Program-made: the position numbers and the translations under genes
Notes under the pieces: model-generated
The model's database searches: none
The model's input: the letters and a program-made list of their open reading frames with translations, nothing else
Told to the model about the DNA's origin: nothing
Assembly: GCA_004431415.1 (NCBI GenBank)
Contig: QPMI01000420.1
Span: forward strand, 275,099-339,098
Source of the DNA: Cyanophora paradoxa CCMP329
Taxonomy: Eukaryota; Plantae; Glaucophyta
DNA: 64,000 nt
Reading direction: 5' to 3'
Part shown: one piece after another, positions 55,206 through 64,000 of the stretch
Layout of the letters: each line of letters opens with the position of its first letter
Numbering within the stretch: the first letter of the stretch is position 1

Positions 55206-56330
55206 TTACTGACCGAGTCGGAGCGCCTGGGCTGCTTGGTCGAACATCTCCGCCTTCCGGGCGTTCGTTTCCGCAAGCATGGCAATCTGGTTGTTCTCCG
55301 TGTTCCGGACGATGGACTGGAAGGCTGTCTGAATTGCAGTCTGCGATGCAGCGGACATACCTGCCACCGTTCCTTTAGCGCGGAGCTCTAGCATGCGTCC
55401 TTTCTGGAACGGCGTGGCAAGTTGATTGCCCTGCAGCGCAGGGAGCGGGTTGACGACGCGGGGCAGCAGGTTCTGGTCCGCGTAAGGCATGGCCGTCGGC
55501 AGGGCCGGGCCGCGCGTCCCCGGCTGATCGAGGAGCATCGCCCCAAACGGATTGCCCCGGCTGAAGTCCACGTCGTTGCGGCCGTAGGGCTTGTTGACGG
55601 CGCTGCTGATGTTGGCCGTCTGCGCGTTGAACATGGGCGATAGATCGGGGGTGTAGCCCGCGCGCAGCCCCTGGGGGTTCGCCTCCGTCTGCCCGTAGCG
55701 GCCGGCCGGCCCGAGCAGGTTCTCCTTCTCGATCTCTTCCATCGTCTTGATCCAGCCGCGCTCGCGCGCCCACTTCATGACGAGATCATCGTAGTTCATC
55801 GGGAAGAAAACCTTCTGGTACTTGTCGAAGCGCTGAATTTCGATATCCTGCTCGATCATGTTCGTAATTCGCTCCAGCAGCTCGGGGTAATATTCCTCGA
55901 GCATTTTGGCGACGCCCGGCTGCTTCAGGTCGAAGGCCGTCATCGCCCACTGGTCGAAATCGCGAATCATGATTTCCTTCCGCAGGCTGAACGCGTTCTC
56001 CACGTCCTCCTCGTTGATCGTGCGACCGGGGTTCGCGTTCTGCAGCTGCTGTCGGATGCCCATCCGCATCAGCTTCTCCATCGAGGGCGTGTACTTCATC
56101 GCGGGCAGGGTCTTCGTTTCCCCCCCGCTGAGCCCCAGGCCCCGCGCCTTGTCCTCGGGCGTGTAGACGTCTGCCTTCGTTCCATCTACGACGGGCACCT
56201 CGGGCATGATCGTGCCCGGAAGGAACTTGTTCACGATGCCGTCCATGTCGGCCTTCAGGTCGTTCTTCAGCGCCTGGCGCTGCTTCTTAGAGCCCTCCCC
56301 AATGTCCATCATAGAGTGGCCCTTCGTCAT
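55206..56330 (-). CDS. Viral hypothetical protein, probably structural (immediately downstream of MCP)
   Basis: Intact 374-aa intronless ORF with normal globular composition. Confidence 0.75.
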   Translation of the reverse strand: MTKGHSMMDIGEGSKKQRQALKNDLKADMDGIVNKFLPGTIMPEVPVVDGTKADVYTPEDKARGLGLSGGETKTLPAMKYTPSMEKLMRMGIRQQLQNANPGRTINEEDVENAFSLRKEIMIRDFDQWAMTAFDLKQPGVAKMLEEYYPELLERITNMIEQDIEIQRFDKYQKVFFPMNYDDLVMKWARERGWIKTMEEIEKENLLGPAGRYGQTEANPQGLRAGYTPDLSPMFNAQTANISSAVNKPYGRNDVDFSRGNPFGAMLLDQPGTRGPALPTAMPYADQNLLPRVVNPLPALQGNQLATPFQKGRMLELRAKGTVAGMSAASQTAIQTAFQSIVRNTENNQIAMLAETNARKAEMFDQAAQALRLGQ

Positions 56331-56409
56331 CGTGCCTCGGTTAGGATCCCAGTGGGAAAATTTATTGGTTCACATCGGCCTACCAAGCACACCCTGGCTA
56401 ACAAGCAAT

Positions 56410-57780
56410 CTAATGGAAGCGGCGGTAGGCGCCGCCGTTGGTGAAGGTGATCTCGTTGTAGTAGCGGCAGTAGATGTCGGCCACGGGCTTGTCCGCGCCG
56501 TAGGTCTTGAGCGTGGTGAGCGTGAGCTCGATGGTCTTGAAGGCGCCCATGTCGAGGCCGCCGAACATCTTGGTGTTGTCGGCCACGTCCGTGCCGAAGG
56601 GGAGCGAGTAGATGAACTCCGTCCCGAACTGGCCCACGTTGCGGGGCTGGATGTCGCTGCTGTGCCCGTCGTGGGTCGCGAGGGTCGTGGGGGCCGTGTC
56701 GTTGCCCGACCACGGGTGCGGGTGCAGCGCGTCGGCCACGTCGGCCGCCGCCGTCCCGTCCATCGAGGTCACGCCCCGCAGCAGCTCGAGGTGCTTGCGG
56801 GCGGGGGCGTGCGTGTGCTCCTTGTGCGCGATGGCCGTGCGCAAGAAGTGCGCGTCGTGGTTCGAGCTATCGAGCACCTTGATGTTGTCGCACTTCAGCT
56901 CGATCTTGTCGAGCGGGCGGAAGCGCCAGAAGTGCTCGCCGTTGTCGGTGTGCGGCTTGTCGCGCACCACGATGATCAGCTCGTAGCAGATTCCGGTGAA
57001 GGGCAGGCGGATGGCCTTGCCGGACTCGAACGAGACGTGGTAGTGCTGCACGTACTTGCCGGCCCACGTGAACGAGTTCGGGTGCAGCGCCAGCTCGCGC
57101 GAGTCGATGTGCACGTAGCGCAGGATGAGCTTGGTGTCCAGGCTGACGGTGCTCGTCAGGTTGGTGTTGGTGTGCAGGCCGCCGTCCACGAAGGAGGCCG
57201 TCACCTCCTTCTGCGAGGCGTACGTGATCTGCAGCTTCATGTCGTTTCCGGAGCAGCGGAGCTTGTGGAGCGGCACGGCGAACTTTCGACCGTGGCCCGT
57301 CGCGATGCGAATCGGTATGTACAGCGTGTTCGGGGCCTTGCCCCGGCGGCGCAGCGGCTGGTGCGCCCAGAGGTTGTTCACCATGTCGACGTGCTGGACG
57401 ACGGACTTGTCGTCCTCGAACTCGCCGTAGATGGCGTCGTAATGGCCGTCGTACTCGTGGATCAGCTGCGCGCCCACGAAGATCTTCACCTTCTTGAGCA
57501 GCACGTAGCCGGCCTTCGGGATGTAGAAGTGGTCCGCGTTCGTCAGCGCCGGCAGCGTCACCTTGAGCCAGGAGTCGTTGAACATCGGCGCCGAGTGCGG
57601 GATGACGATGTCGACGGTCTGGCTGAAGCTCACGCCCGACTGCACGGGGCTCACCTCGAGCACCTCGTCCACGAACGGCATCGCCGTGTCGAAGGTCTCG
57701 TGCACGTGCACCGACGCGTCGGAGCTGCGCAGCGAGTGGTGCAGGGCGGTCGAGGGGGTGGAGATGAGCGCGGAAGCCAT
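56410..57780 (-). CDS. Double jelly-roll major capsid protein (NCLDV-type)
   Basis: FSQTVDIVIPHSAPMFNDSWLKVTLPAL..AGYVLLKKVKIFVGAQLIHEY..LYIPI..FAVPL..IYSLPFG..GGLDMGAFKTIELTL..IYCRYYNEITFTNGGA follows the NCLDV MCP N- and C-terminal consensus; intact 456 aa. Confidence 0.92.
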   Translation of the reverse strand: MASALISTPSTALHHSLRSSDASVHVHETFDTAMPFVDEVLEVSPVQSGVSFSQTVDIVIPHSAPMFNDSWLKVTLPALTNADHFYIPKAGYVLLKKVKIFVGAQLIHEYDGHYDAIYGEFEDDKSVVQHVDMVNNLWAHQPLRRRGKAPNTLYIPIRIATGHGRKFAVPLHKLRCSGNDMKLQITYASQKEVTASFVDGGLHTNTNLTSTVSLDTKLILRYVHIDSRELALHPNSFTWAGKYVQHYHVSFESGKAIRLPFTGICYELIIVVRDKPHTDNGEHFWRFRPLDKIELKCDNIKVLDSSNHDAHFLRTAIAHKEHTHAPARKHLELLRGVTSMDGTAAADVADALHPHPWSGNDTAPTTLATHDGHSSDIQPRNVGQFGTEFIYSLPFGTDVADNTKMFGGLDMGAFKTIELTLTTLKTYGADKPVADIYCRYYNEITFTNGGAYRRFH

Positions 57781-57819
57781 GGTTTAGGGGTGCGTTGAGA
57801 AAATTTTGTGGATGGGCGC

Positions 57820-59716
57820 CTATGCGTCCACAAACCTCCAAAAATCGATGTCGGGTCCGTCCCCCGAGAAATAATCTCGTAGCAGCTGCGCAGGCACGTT
57901 GGCAATAATCTGCCCGGGCACGCCCTTGGCCGTGTGGTACCGGGAAATCGCAATTTCCGCGAAGCTCCCGAGGGTCTCGTCATTGTTTCCGAAGCGCCTC
58001 TGTATGTCTTTGAGCGCCTTGCTGTAGGCACCCTGGATCTTCGCGCTCTTTTGATCCTCAAACCACCTGCGCCGCTCCTCCGCGTCAGGGTTGCCCGCGA
58101 GAAACGCCGAAATCTGAGCTGCATCGGGGCCGACGTCCCATCGCTGTTTGCGGGCGGGAGGGGGCACGCTGGGGGGCGCACTGGGCCCTGCGGCGGGTGC
58201 CGGCATCACCTCTCCCGTGGGGCCAATGTCCCACCGGCGCCTGCGTGTGCGCTCGGCCGCCTCCTCGAGTGCCCGTTTACGTACCTCAAGCGTCGCCTCT
58301 GCCTCCATCACGTCCGCCTGCAGCCGCTCCGTCTGGATGAACTCCGAAACGGTCGCGAGCTCGCTTTCGGGGGCCGCATCGGCCGCCACGTCGGTGATCA
58401 GCTGTCTGCGCGCCTTGGCGAGGAGAGCCGCCCCTTTTGCGTTACGCAGCGCATCCAGCGACCCCAGCCGCGCCTCCCGGGATTCGTCCGCGTCTAAGCC
58501 CTTCTTCAACTTGCGGTCTTTCGGCTTCGCGGACGATGCGGCGTACGTCGCCGGCGGCGCAGTCGGAACGCCCACGGCAGCCAGCGCCCCCCTCACCGCG
58601 GCCTCTACCGTCGCCATCTCGGCATCGGAAGGACCGGCCGCGGGCGCTCCCACGGATGTGCCCGGGGCGGCCGGAGGGGAAGCTTCGGGCGATGGAGCCG
58701 GGGTTGAAGGGGCACTAGGAGGGGCGGCGGCTGTGGTTCGCCGCCACCGCCCCGCCGCCACCGCCCCCGCCGCCACCGCCCCCGCCGCCACCGCCCCCGC
58801 CGCCACCGCCACCGCCCCCGTCGCCTTCTGCGGGCCGTTCGCGCCTACCCGGCAGCGCCTTCTGGATCAGCGCCTCCTTGGCGCCCCTCCGCGCATTCGG
58901 CCTCAGAGCGATGGCCCCGTTTTCATCGATGGCCGCGTTGTCCCTCTTTCTGATCCGCGCCTCCTGCTCCTTGCTCTCGGCGATCGTAACGAGCTTGGTC
59001 ATCGCGGCCGTCAGGCGCCGCATCTCGGCGCGCGTGTCCCTCAGCCGGCCCTCGTCGGGGCCCGGGCCCTCGTCGTCCGATCCGGGTGGCTCGGCCTGGG
59101 TGAACGGCTGCGAGGTGTTCCTATCCGCGTAGCTCTTCTTCTCCTCCGGTAGGTTTTCGCGCGCATAAATGCTCGTCGGTTTGAACTCCTCGCCGTTCAC
59201 GATGTACTTGTAGTAGTAGTACGCGTCATCCAAGTTCATGGGCCCGAGGGTCTCGAGTCGCTTTTTGCGTTTCAAGAACTCTGTGATCTGGTCTTCCTTC
59301 GACTTGCAAAAATCGCGCACGCCTGGGAGCATGGTCAAATTCTTACCGTCCACGTCGCACGCGCCCGCGCCCCGCGCCTTTCGGTTCGTTTGAGTCACGG
59401 CGTCGATGGCAAAGGCGGACTGGCCCATCAGCCAGGAGCGGAAGCCCTCCTCGTACTCCTCGTCCAGCCCGGACTCCATCTCCTTGAATTTGTTGATGTA
59501 GTAGGCGTTGGCGATGGCCTGCGCCTCCACCTCTGCGAGCTTGTCGGTTTTCGCCCTATCCTCGACGCGCATCCCGTCGGAGCGGTGCAGCGCGGTTTTG
59601 GCCATCTGCTGAAAGTGCGCGTACTTGTCGCTCTCAAAGGGCGTGATGTGCGAGTCCCCGCCCCCCGGGACCGCCAGCACGTTGCGCGGCGCGAAACGCG
59701 AGGCGAGCCCCCTCAT
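57820..59716 (-). CDS. Large viral hypothetical protein, probably one gene frameshifted in a 15-bp GCCACCGCCCCCGCC repeat
   Basis: ORFs 58715-59716 (FRSWLMG..LPGVRDF..LGPMNLDDAYYYYKY) and 57820-58812 overlap at the repeat. Confidence 0.6.
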
Positions 59717-59991
59717 TTGCTCTTCTTAGGGGCTGGCTTTGAAATTTTATCGGTCTTGGCCTTGTCTTCCTTCCCGTCCTTCTTATCGGCCCCCTTCTTC
59801 CCCTGCTTCGTCGGGCGCATCGCCACGAATATTTCGCCGGGCGAGACGTCCTCGTACAGCGGCTTCGGCCCCTTAGGAAATTCGGGCGGCCCCTTCAGCT
59901 TCTCCTTCGCCTCCTTCACCTCGGCCTTGGTGGGCCGCTCCTGCCCGTTCGTGGGCGCCTTTTTCGCGGGCTTCTTTTGTGCCTCCGGCAT
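59713..59991 (-). CDS. Small Lys-rich basic protein
   Basis: 92 aa, very Lys-rich; upstream ATTTTTCTGG. Confidence 0.65.
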   Translation of the reverse strand: MPEAQKKPAKKAPTNGQERPTKAEVKEAKEKLKGPPEFPKGPKPLYEDVSPGEIFVAMRPTKQGKKGADKKDGKEDKAKTDKISKPAPKKSK

Positions 59992-59993
59992 GT

Positions 59994-60332
59994 TTACCCA
60001 TCACCAGAAAAATATGGGTTGGCACCCCCGTACGTCTCGGGGAACTGCCTCTCCCACCTGCGCATGGCCGCGTCCCTCTGGTCGTCGAAGCTACGGTAGG
60101 CCGCGGCCCTCTGCCCCATCACGATTTGCCAGAGCCGTGCACGGACCTCGTCCTGCAGTCTGTACACCCAATCGCGAATGTTCTCGACGATATCCGTCGG
60201 CAGCGTGGCCAACCCCGCCTTGATCTCGGGTACATCCGTGGGATCCTCTTCGAGCGTAAGCTTCTGCATGCGAGCGCGCAGCATCTCAATTTGCGTATCG
60301 ATTGGGGCCCAATAAGGGATAGATCGAGACAT
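59994..60332 (-). CDS. Small viral protein with an F-box-like motif
   Basis: LATLPTDIVENIRDWV; upstream ATTTCTCA. Confidence 0.6.
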   Translation of the reverse strand: MSRSIPYWAPIDTQIEMLRARMQKLTLEEDPTDVPEIKAGLATLPTDIVENIRDWVYRLQDEVRARLWQIVMGQRAAAYRSFDDQRDAAMRRWERQFPETYGGANPYFSGDG

Positions 60333-60397
60333 CGGGGTACGGGGTCACTGAGAAATTACACTGGGTCGGAAGAGGAGGTACCCCACCAGGATCCCCG

Positions 60398-60607
60398 CTA
60401 TAATCCAGAGGGGCGACCAGTCGCGCTCCGCCGGCGCGCCCCCGGCGTCACCATCAGCTGCCCCGCCCCGGGCCTGCGCAGGCCGTGCGTGCGGTGGTCC
60501 GCCCAGTGCGGGCGCGGGAACTGCTCCTGCGGCATGCGCTCGGGGTAGATGCCGTCGAATCGGTTCTGCATTTGGTACATGTCCCTATCGAACAGCAGGG
60601 AGGCCAT
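60398..60607 (-). CDS. Small viral hypothetical protein
   Basis: ATG ORF with upstream ATTTCTAA. Confidence 0.45.
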   Translation of the reverse strand: MASLLFDRDMYQMQNRFDGIYPERMPQEQFPRPHWADHRTHGLRRPGAGQLMVTPGARRRSATGRPSGL

Positions 60608-60828
60608 TTCTCAATTTGGGGAGGGACTTAGAAATACTGCCCGTGAGCTCCCTGTCGCGGATCCTGCGAAAATCCGCGAAGAGCCCGCGCGCGCAGCGCC
60701 TGCAGACGAGGCGGGCCCGCCCGCCCACGCGCGCCACCGAGATCTCGTGGCCGAACTGCAGGTGGCCCGGGAAGCAGGTGGGGGGTAGTCGCAGACGAAG
60801 CAGTGGCAGGGGCAGTTGCGCCGCCGAA

Positions 60829-61221
60829 TCACTGCTGAAGAATCGCAGGCTCGCTCGCCGCCTTCCTCGGCGCGCGCTGGCGCTTGGGCTGGGCCTCGAG
60901 CGGGCTCGGGTCGCCCTCCGCGGGGGCCGCCTTGGCCTTCTGCCGGGGCGCCGCGGGGGGCTTCGGGGCCGTAGGGGCTGCCGGTGCCTGGCTCGAGCCG
61001 GCGGCCGGGCCAGCGGCGTCGGTCACCTGCGGGCGCTGCGGCGGAGGGCTGGTCTCCCGGGCCCCCTCCTCGAGGACCCGGCGCATGAAGCGCGAGACGC
61101 GGCCGCTGCATTGCGTGCAGGAGCCGACGGCCACCTGGCGGTTGTTCTTGCTGGTACGCACCTCGACGTTGGCGAGCTTGGTGTTGGAGCGGCACTTGAA
61201 GCAGTAGTGGGCGTGCTCCAT
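60829..61221 (-). CDS. DUF5679-like zinc-ribbon protein
   Basis: YCFKCR..TSKNNRQVAVGSCTQCSGRVSRF matches YCxKC..T.KNGR....G.C..CG.K..R. Confidence 0.75.
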   Translation of the reverse strand: MEHAHYCFKCRSNTKLANVEVRTSKNNRQVAVGSCTQCSGRVSRFMRRVLEEGARETSPPPQRPQVTDAAGPAAGSSQAPAAPTAPKPPAAPRQKAKAAPAEGDPSPLEAQPKRQRAPRKAASEPAILQQ

Positions 61222-61230
61222 GGGATCTAG

Positions 61231-61392
61231 CTACGGGTGTAGACAGCCTTCAGAAAAAAGTGCGTAGTAGCGGACGGCGCACCGGGGGCAGCAGACGTAG
61301 ACGCCCGCCTTGAGCACCCAGCCGCGCTTGGTCTGGGGCAGGCGGCAGATTTCGCAGCAGAGGGACCTGGGCTTGCGGCACGAGGATCCCAT
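61231..61392 (-). CDS. Small zinc-finger protein
   Basis: CEIC..CPRC pairs; upstream ATTTCTAG. Confidence 0.5.
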   Translation of the reverse strand: MGSSCRKPRSLCCEICRLPQTKRGWVLKAGVYVCCPRCAVRYYALFSEGCLHP

Positions 61393-61423
61393 CTGGCGGG
61401 CGGGCCTAGAAATCACAATGGGA

Positions 61424-61900
61424 TCACAACGGATTGAGCGCGGCGTAGAGGGCGATTAAGTAGGCGTCGCAGAGGTCGTCGAGCTTGCCGTTTCGATCCG
61501 CGATGTCGGCGAGCTCGGCGGGTACGAGGTCGCGGCACTTGTCCACGGCGCCCCGCTTGCGCTCCTTGTAGCTCGGGTTCGAGATCTTGAAGAAGTGCTT
61601 GATGGCGCGCGGGCTCACGATCCGCGCACGCCCGTACAGCAGGGCGTGGAGCGTGCACTCGATGCAGCGATTGATTCCCGTCCTCTGGCCCTCGATCGCG
61701 ATCTGGTCGGGAAGGCCGAAGGCGCTATGGCCGCGAGTAACCTCCACCAGGCGCGCAACCAGGCGGCCACAGCAGCGCGCAGACGGGAAGAGGGCGATCT
61801 TCTGCCAGTCGAGAATCTGGGATTCCTTTGTCTGCGGATCGAATTCGATGAGGCACCATGCGAAATTGATGACCCCCACATCCACGCCGAGGATCTTCAT
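61424..61900 (-). CDS. RuvC-like Holliday junction resolvase (poxvirus A22 type)
   Basis: MKILGVDVGVINFAW, IAIEGQ, YKERKRGAV, KLDDLCDAYLIA carry the catalytic acidic residues. Confidence 0.9.
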   Translation of the reverse strand: MKILGVDVGVINFAWCLIEFDPQTKESQILDWQKIALFPSARCCGRLVARLVEVTRGHSAFGLPDQIAIEGQRTGINRCIECTLHALLYGRARIVSPRAIKHFFKISNPSYKERKRGAVDKCRDLVPAELADIADRNGKLDDLCDAYLIALYAALNPL

Positions 61901-61933
61901 CCCAGGGTCGCAAGAAAATCTGAATGAAGGGGG

Positions 61934-62146
61934 ATGGCAGAGGCCTGGGCGGAAAAATTCATCCGGATGGTGCATCGACATTACCGAGATGAGTTCTTCA
62001 GCTCAGACTACAGCCAAAGCGTTCCAGACATTCTGAGCGATTTCGAAAGCTGCATTAGAGAGGGCTGCGCGCTGCTAGGTATCGACTACGAGGACCTGGA
62101 GCTAGGTATCGACTACGAGGACCTGGAGCACCCTCGAAAAATCTGA
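61934..62146 (+). CDS. Small acidic viral protein with an internal 27-bp perfect duplication
   Basis: LGIDYEDLE x2 (GCTAGGTATCGACTACGAGGACCTGGA at 62074 and 62101). Confidence 0.55.
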   Translation: MAEAWAEKFIRMVHRHYRDEFFSSDYSQSVPDILSDFESCIREGCALLGIDYEDLELGIDYEDLEHPRKI

Positions 62147-62160
62147 ATGAAGGGGGTAAA

Positions 62161-63228
62161 ATGGCCAAGGACCCCAAGAAGCCGAAGAAGCCGAAGGCGG
62201 CCAAGCCCCAGCCCGCCCAGCCCGCAGGCGCAGCGCCCGCGGCCCCGCCCCCGCCGGCCAGGCCACCGGCACGGGCTCGGGCACGGCCCCCGCCGCCGGC
62301 GCCAGCTGCGCCATGGGCATGACAGAGGACGGCCAGCAGCTCACGCCCGAGCAGGTCAACGCCTTCCTCGACAACTCGAAGACGGGAGGCATCGAGCGCA
62401 TGGCCTGCCTGCCCGAGCTCAAGTGGTTCGACGTGAACACCGTCAAGTCCGACGCCACGGTCGTCTGCGTCGGCAAGCGGCGCACGGGCAAGTCCTTCTT
62501 CCTCCGCGATCTCATGTTCAACCTCTCCGGCACCTTCCCGGGGGGTATCGTGATCAGCCAGACCGATCGCCTGAACGGCTACTGGAAGCAGTACATCCCG
62601 CAGCGCTTCATCTGGCCCAAGTACAACCCGGGCGTGCTCTTCCATTTATTCAGGAGGCAGCAGGCGATCATGCAGCACAACAAGTCCGAAGACGTGCTCG
62701 CGGGAAAGGAGGATCCCGTCGACCCGCGATTTTTCGTGCTGCTCGACGACGTGATTTCCGACGCTCGGCTGCGGTACGACGAGGCCCTCAACGAGCTCTT
62801 CGTGGCGGGGCGCCACTACAAAATCATGACCCTTATCACGACGCAGTATGCCAAGGGCATCAATCCCGTCCTGCGCTCCAATACTGATCTGGCTGTCATT
62901 TTCAAGTGCTCGCAGGCGATGCAGCGCGAGGCCCTCGCAAAGGAGTGGGCGACATCATCTCCCAGCGCGCCTTCTACTACCTGCTCGATAAGTACACGCA
63001 GGATAACCACTGCCTTATCATCGATTCTTCCAACAACTCTACGAACCCTCTGGACGTTTTGTACGTCTACAAGGCCGAGGAGCCGCCCCCTTCCGCATCG
63101 GATCCAAGGAGTACTGGGAGGGCGAAACCGTCAACGGAGAAAATCTCGTGGGTCCGGACGACGGCACGGTGGACAAGACGCTCCTCGGCATGATAGATAA
63201 TTTCAGGAAGCACCGCGGCCTCGCCTGA
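62161..63228 (+). CDS. A32-like (FtsK/HerA) genome-packaging ATPase; frameshifts at homopolymers
   Basis: Walker A GKRRTGKS, Walker B FVLLDD, LFVAGRHYKI, TQY..INPVLRSNTD, and C-terminal YKAE..FRIGSKEYW in shifted frames. Confidence 0.93.
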
Positions 63229-63254
63229 TTTTTTCTGAGGCTTCGTGCGTAAGC

Positions 63255-63617
63255 ATGTCGCCCAGCGCCCACATCGCCTCCGTCTTCCGCGTCGAGTCCA
63301 TCGCTTACGACTGCCTCCTGGAGGCGAGCCTCGACCCCTCCTCGCCCTTTAACGACGGCGAGGTCAGCAGCGCCCTGGAGAGGATCTGCGACGCGCTGGG
63401 AATTAACTGGGAGCGCCTGACCGCGGAGGCGGCGGACGAGGCCGCGGCCGAGTCGCTGGGCAGTGAGGACACCAGCTCGGAGGAGATGACAGACGAAGAG
63501 GGAGACAGGGTGATTTACGTGCGCGACCCGGACGATTTTGCGACCTCGGAATCGGGCTCGGAGGAGGAGGCAGAGGAGACGAGGACGAGGACTCCGACGC
63601 CTAGGCGCGCCCCTTAA
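63255..63617 (+). CDS. Acidic viral hypothetical protein
   Basis: 120-aa ORF; TTTTCTGA 16 nt upstream. Confidence 0.65.
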   Translation: MSPSAHIASVFRVESIAYDCLLEASLDPSSPFNDGEVSSALERICDALGINWERLTAEAADEAAAESLGSEDTSSEEMTDEEGDRVIYVRDPDDFATSESGSEEEAEETRTRTPTPRRAP

Positions 63618-63639
63618 AAATTTCCGAGGCGCTAGGAAA

Positions 63640-63983
63640 ATGTCAAAGGTGCTCCTAGGGCTCTCCCAGGCTATCGTGCAGTACGCCCTCGGCCTGGCAT
63701 CCGGCTCCCTCATCGACGCCGCCTTCTCCTCGCACGAAGGCGAAAACAGGGCGGGCCACGCAGCGAGCTCGCCGCGCAAGTCGCCGTCAACGGCCTCTCC
63801 CTCGGCCTGCTCTCGAAATACGTGCTCACCCTCAAGTTCTTCGACGACGACCCCACCGGCGGAATTATGTTCATCCTCGGATTCACACACGGGCAGACGA
63901 ACATGCTAATCAAGGCTACCAGCGCCAGCTTCGGAATCAAGCAGGCGCTCGAGCGGAAGGCCGCCGCGATCACTAAAGAGTAG
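63640..63983 (+). CDS. Small multi-TM viral membrane protein (one probable frameshift)
   Basis: MSKVLLGLSQAIVQYALGLASGSLIDAAF / ELAAQVAVNGLSLGLL..DPTGGIMFILGF. Confidence 0.55.
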
Positions 63984-64000
63984 CTAAAGAGTAGGAAAAG

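Larger units (their letters stand above)
36930..64000. mobile_element. Endogenous small Nucleocytoviricota-like (mriyavirus / NCLDV-dwarf-like) dsDNA virus; continues beyond the window
   Basis: Gene-dense block with DJR MCP, A32 ATPase, RuvC, SSB, YqaJ, SF3 helicase and DUF5767-like genes, contiguous with an intron-rich host gene. The left boundary is approximate. Confidence 0.9.

Noticed and set aside
56206-57798. 530-aa + strand ORF and similar long antisense ORFs (e.g. 45397-46614, 46611-47948)
   Set aside because: Antisense shadows of GC3-rich real genes (MCP, helicase).
62161-63228. Programmed frameshifting or pseudogenisation of the ATPase and other viral genes
   Set aside because: Shifts fall in G/C homopolymers, and the two duplicated copies disagree at exactly such sites, pointing to sequencing error; short-read polishing is needed.
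36930-64000. Polinton/Maverick, virophage or bacterial prophage
   Set aside because: No protein-primed PolB, RVE integrase or adenain protease is visible. MCP, SSB, RuvC and DUF5767-like genes are NCLDV-type, and the context is eukaryotic. Genes beyond the window could modify this.

Overview
GC-rich, intron-dense eukaryotic (protist or alga-like) genomic DNA. The short GTGCG...GCAG introns and frequent GC donors resemble a glaucophyte such as Cyanophora, but the host identity is a guess. The left part (1-~29.6 kb) is host sequence: a head-to-head UPF3/SCNM1 gene pair, three tandem-repeat arrays (degenerate GC repeat, 172-bp satellite, ~140-bp GC satellite) and an ~18-kb multi-exon gene for a giant beta-helix (Pmp-like GGA-repeat) multi-pass membrane protein. 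From ~36.9 kb to beyond the right edge lies an integrated small Nucleocytoviricota-like (mriyavirus/NCLDV-dwarf-like) DNA virus; its left ~3.6 kb also appears at 29.6-33.2 kb in the first copy of a duplication. It encodes a double jelly-roll major capsid protein, A32 packaging ATPase, RuvC/A22-type resolvase, NCLDV-type SSB, YqaJ exonuclease/recombinase, SF3 helicase, DUF5767-like and DUF5679-like proteins, and many small membrane or basic proteins. Its two large divergent genes (one the helicase) carry host-style spliceosomal introns, whereas the virion genes are intronless and share an upstream WTTTCTNA motif. A non-coding block of nested direct and inverted repeats sits at 50.57-52.13 kb (candidate origin or genome-end junction). 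A 7.3-kb tandem duplication (25869-33178 / 33179-40494) spans the host-virus junction. Its copies seem to differ only by homopolymer indels, so it may be an assembly artefact, and many apparent frameshifts are probably long-read errors. All family assignments are from motif recognition by eye, not database searches.
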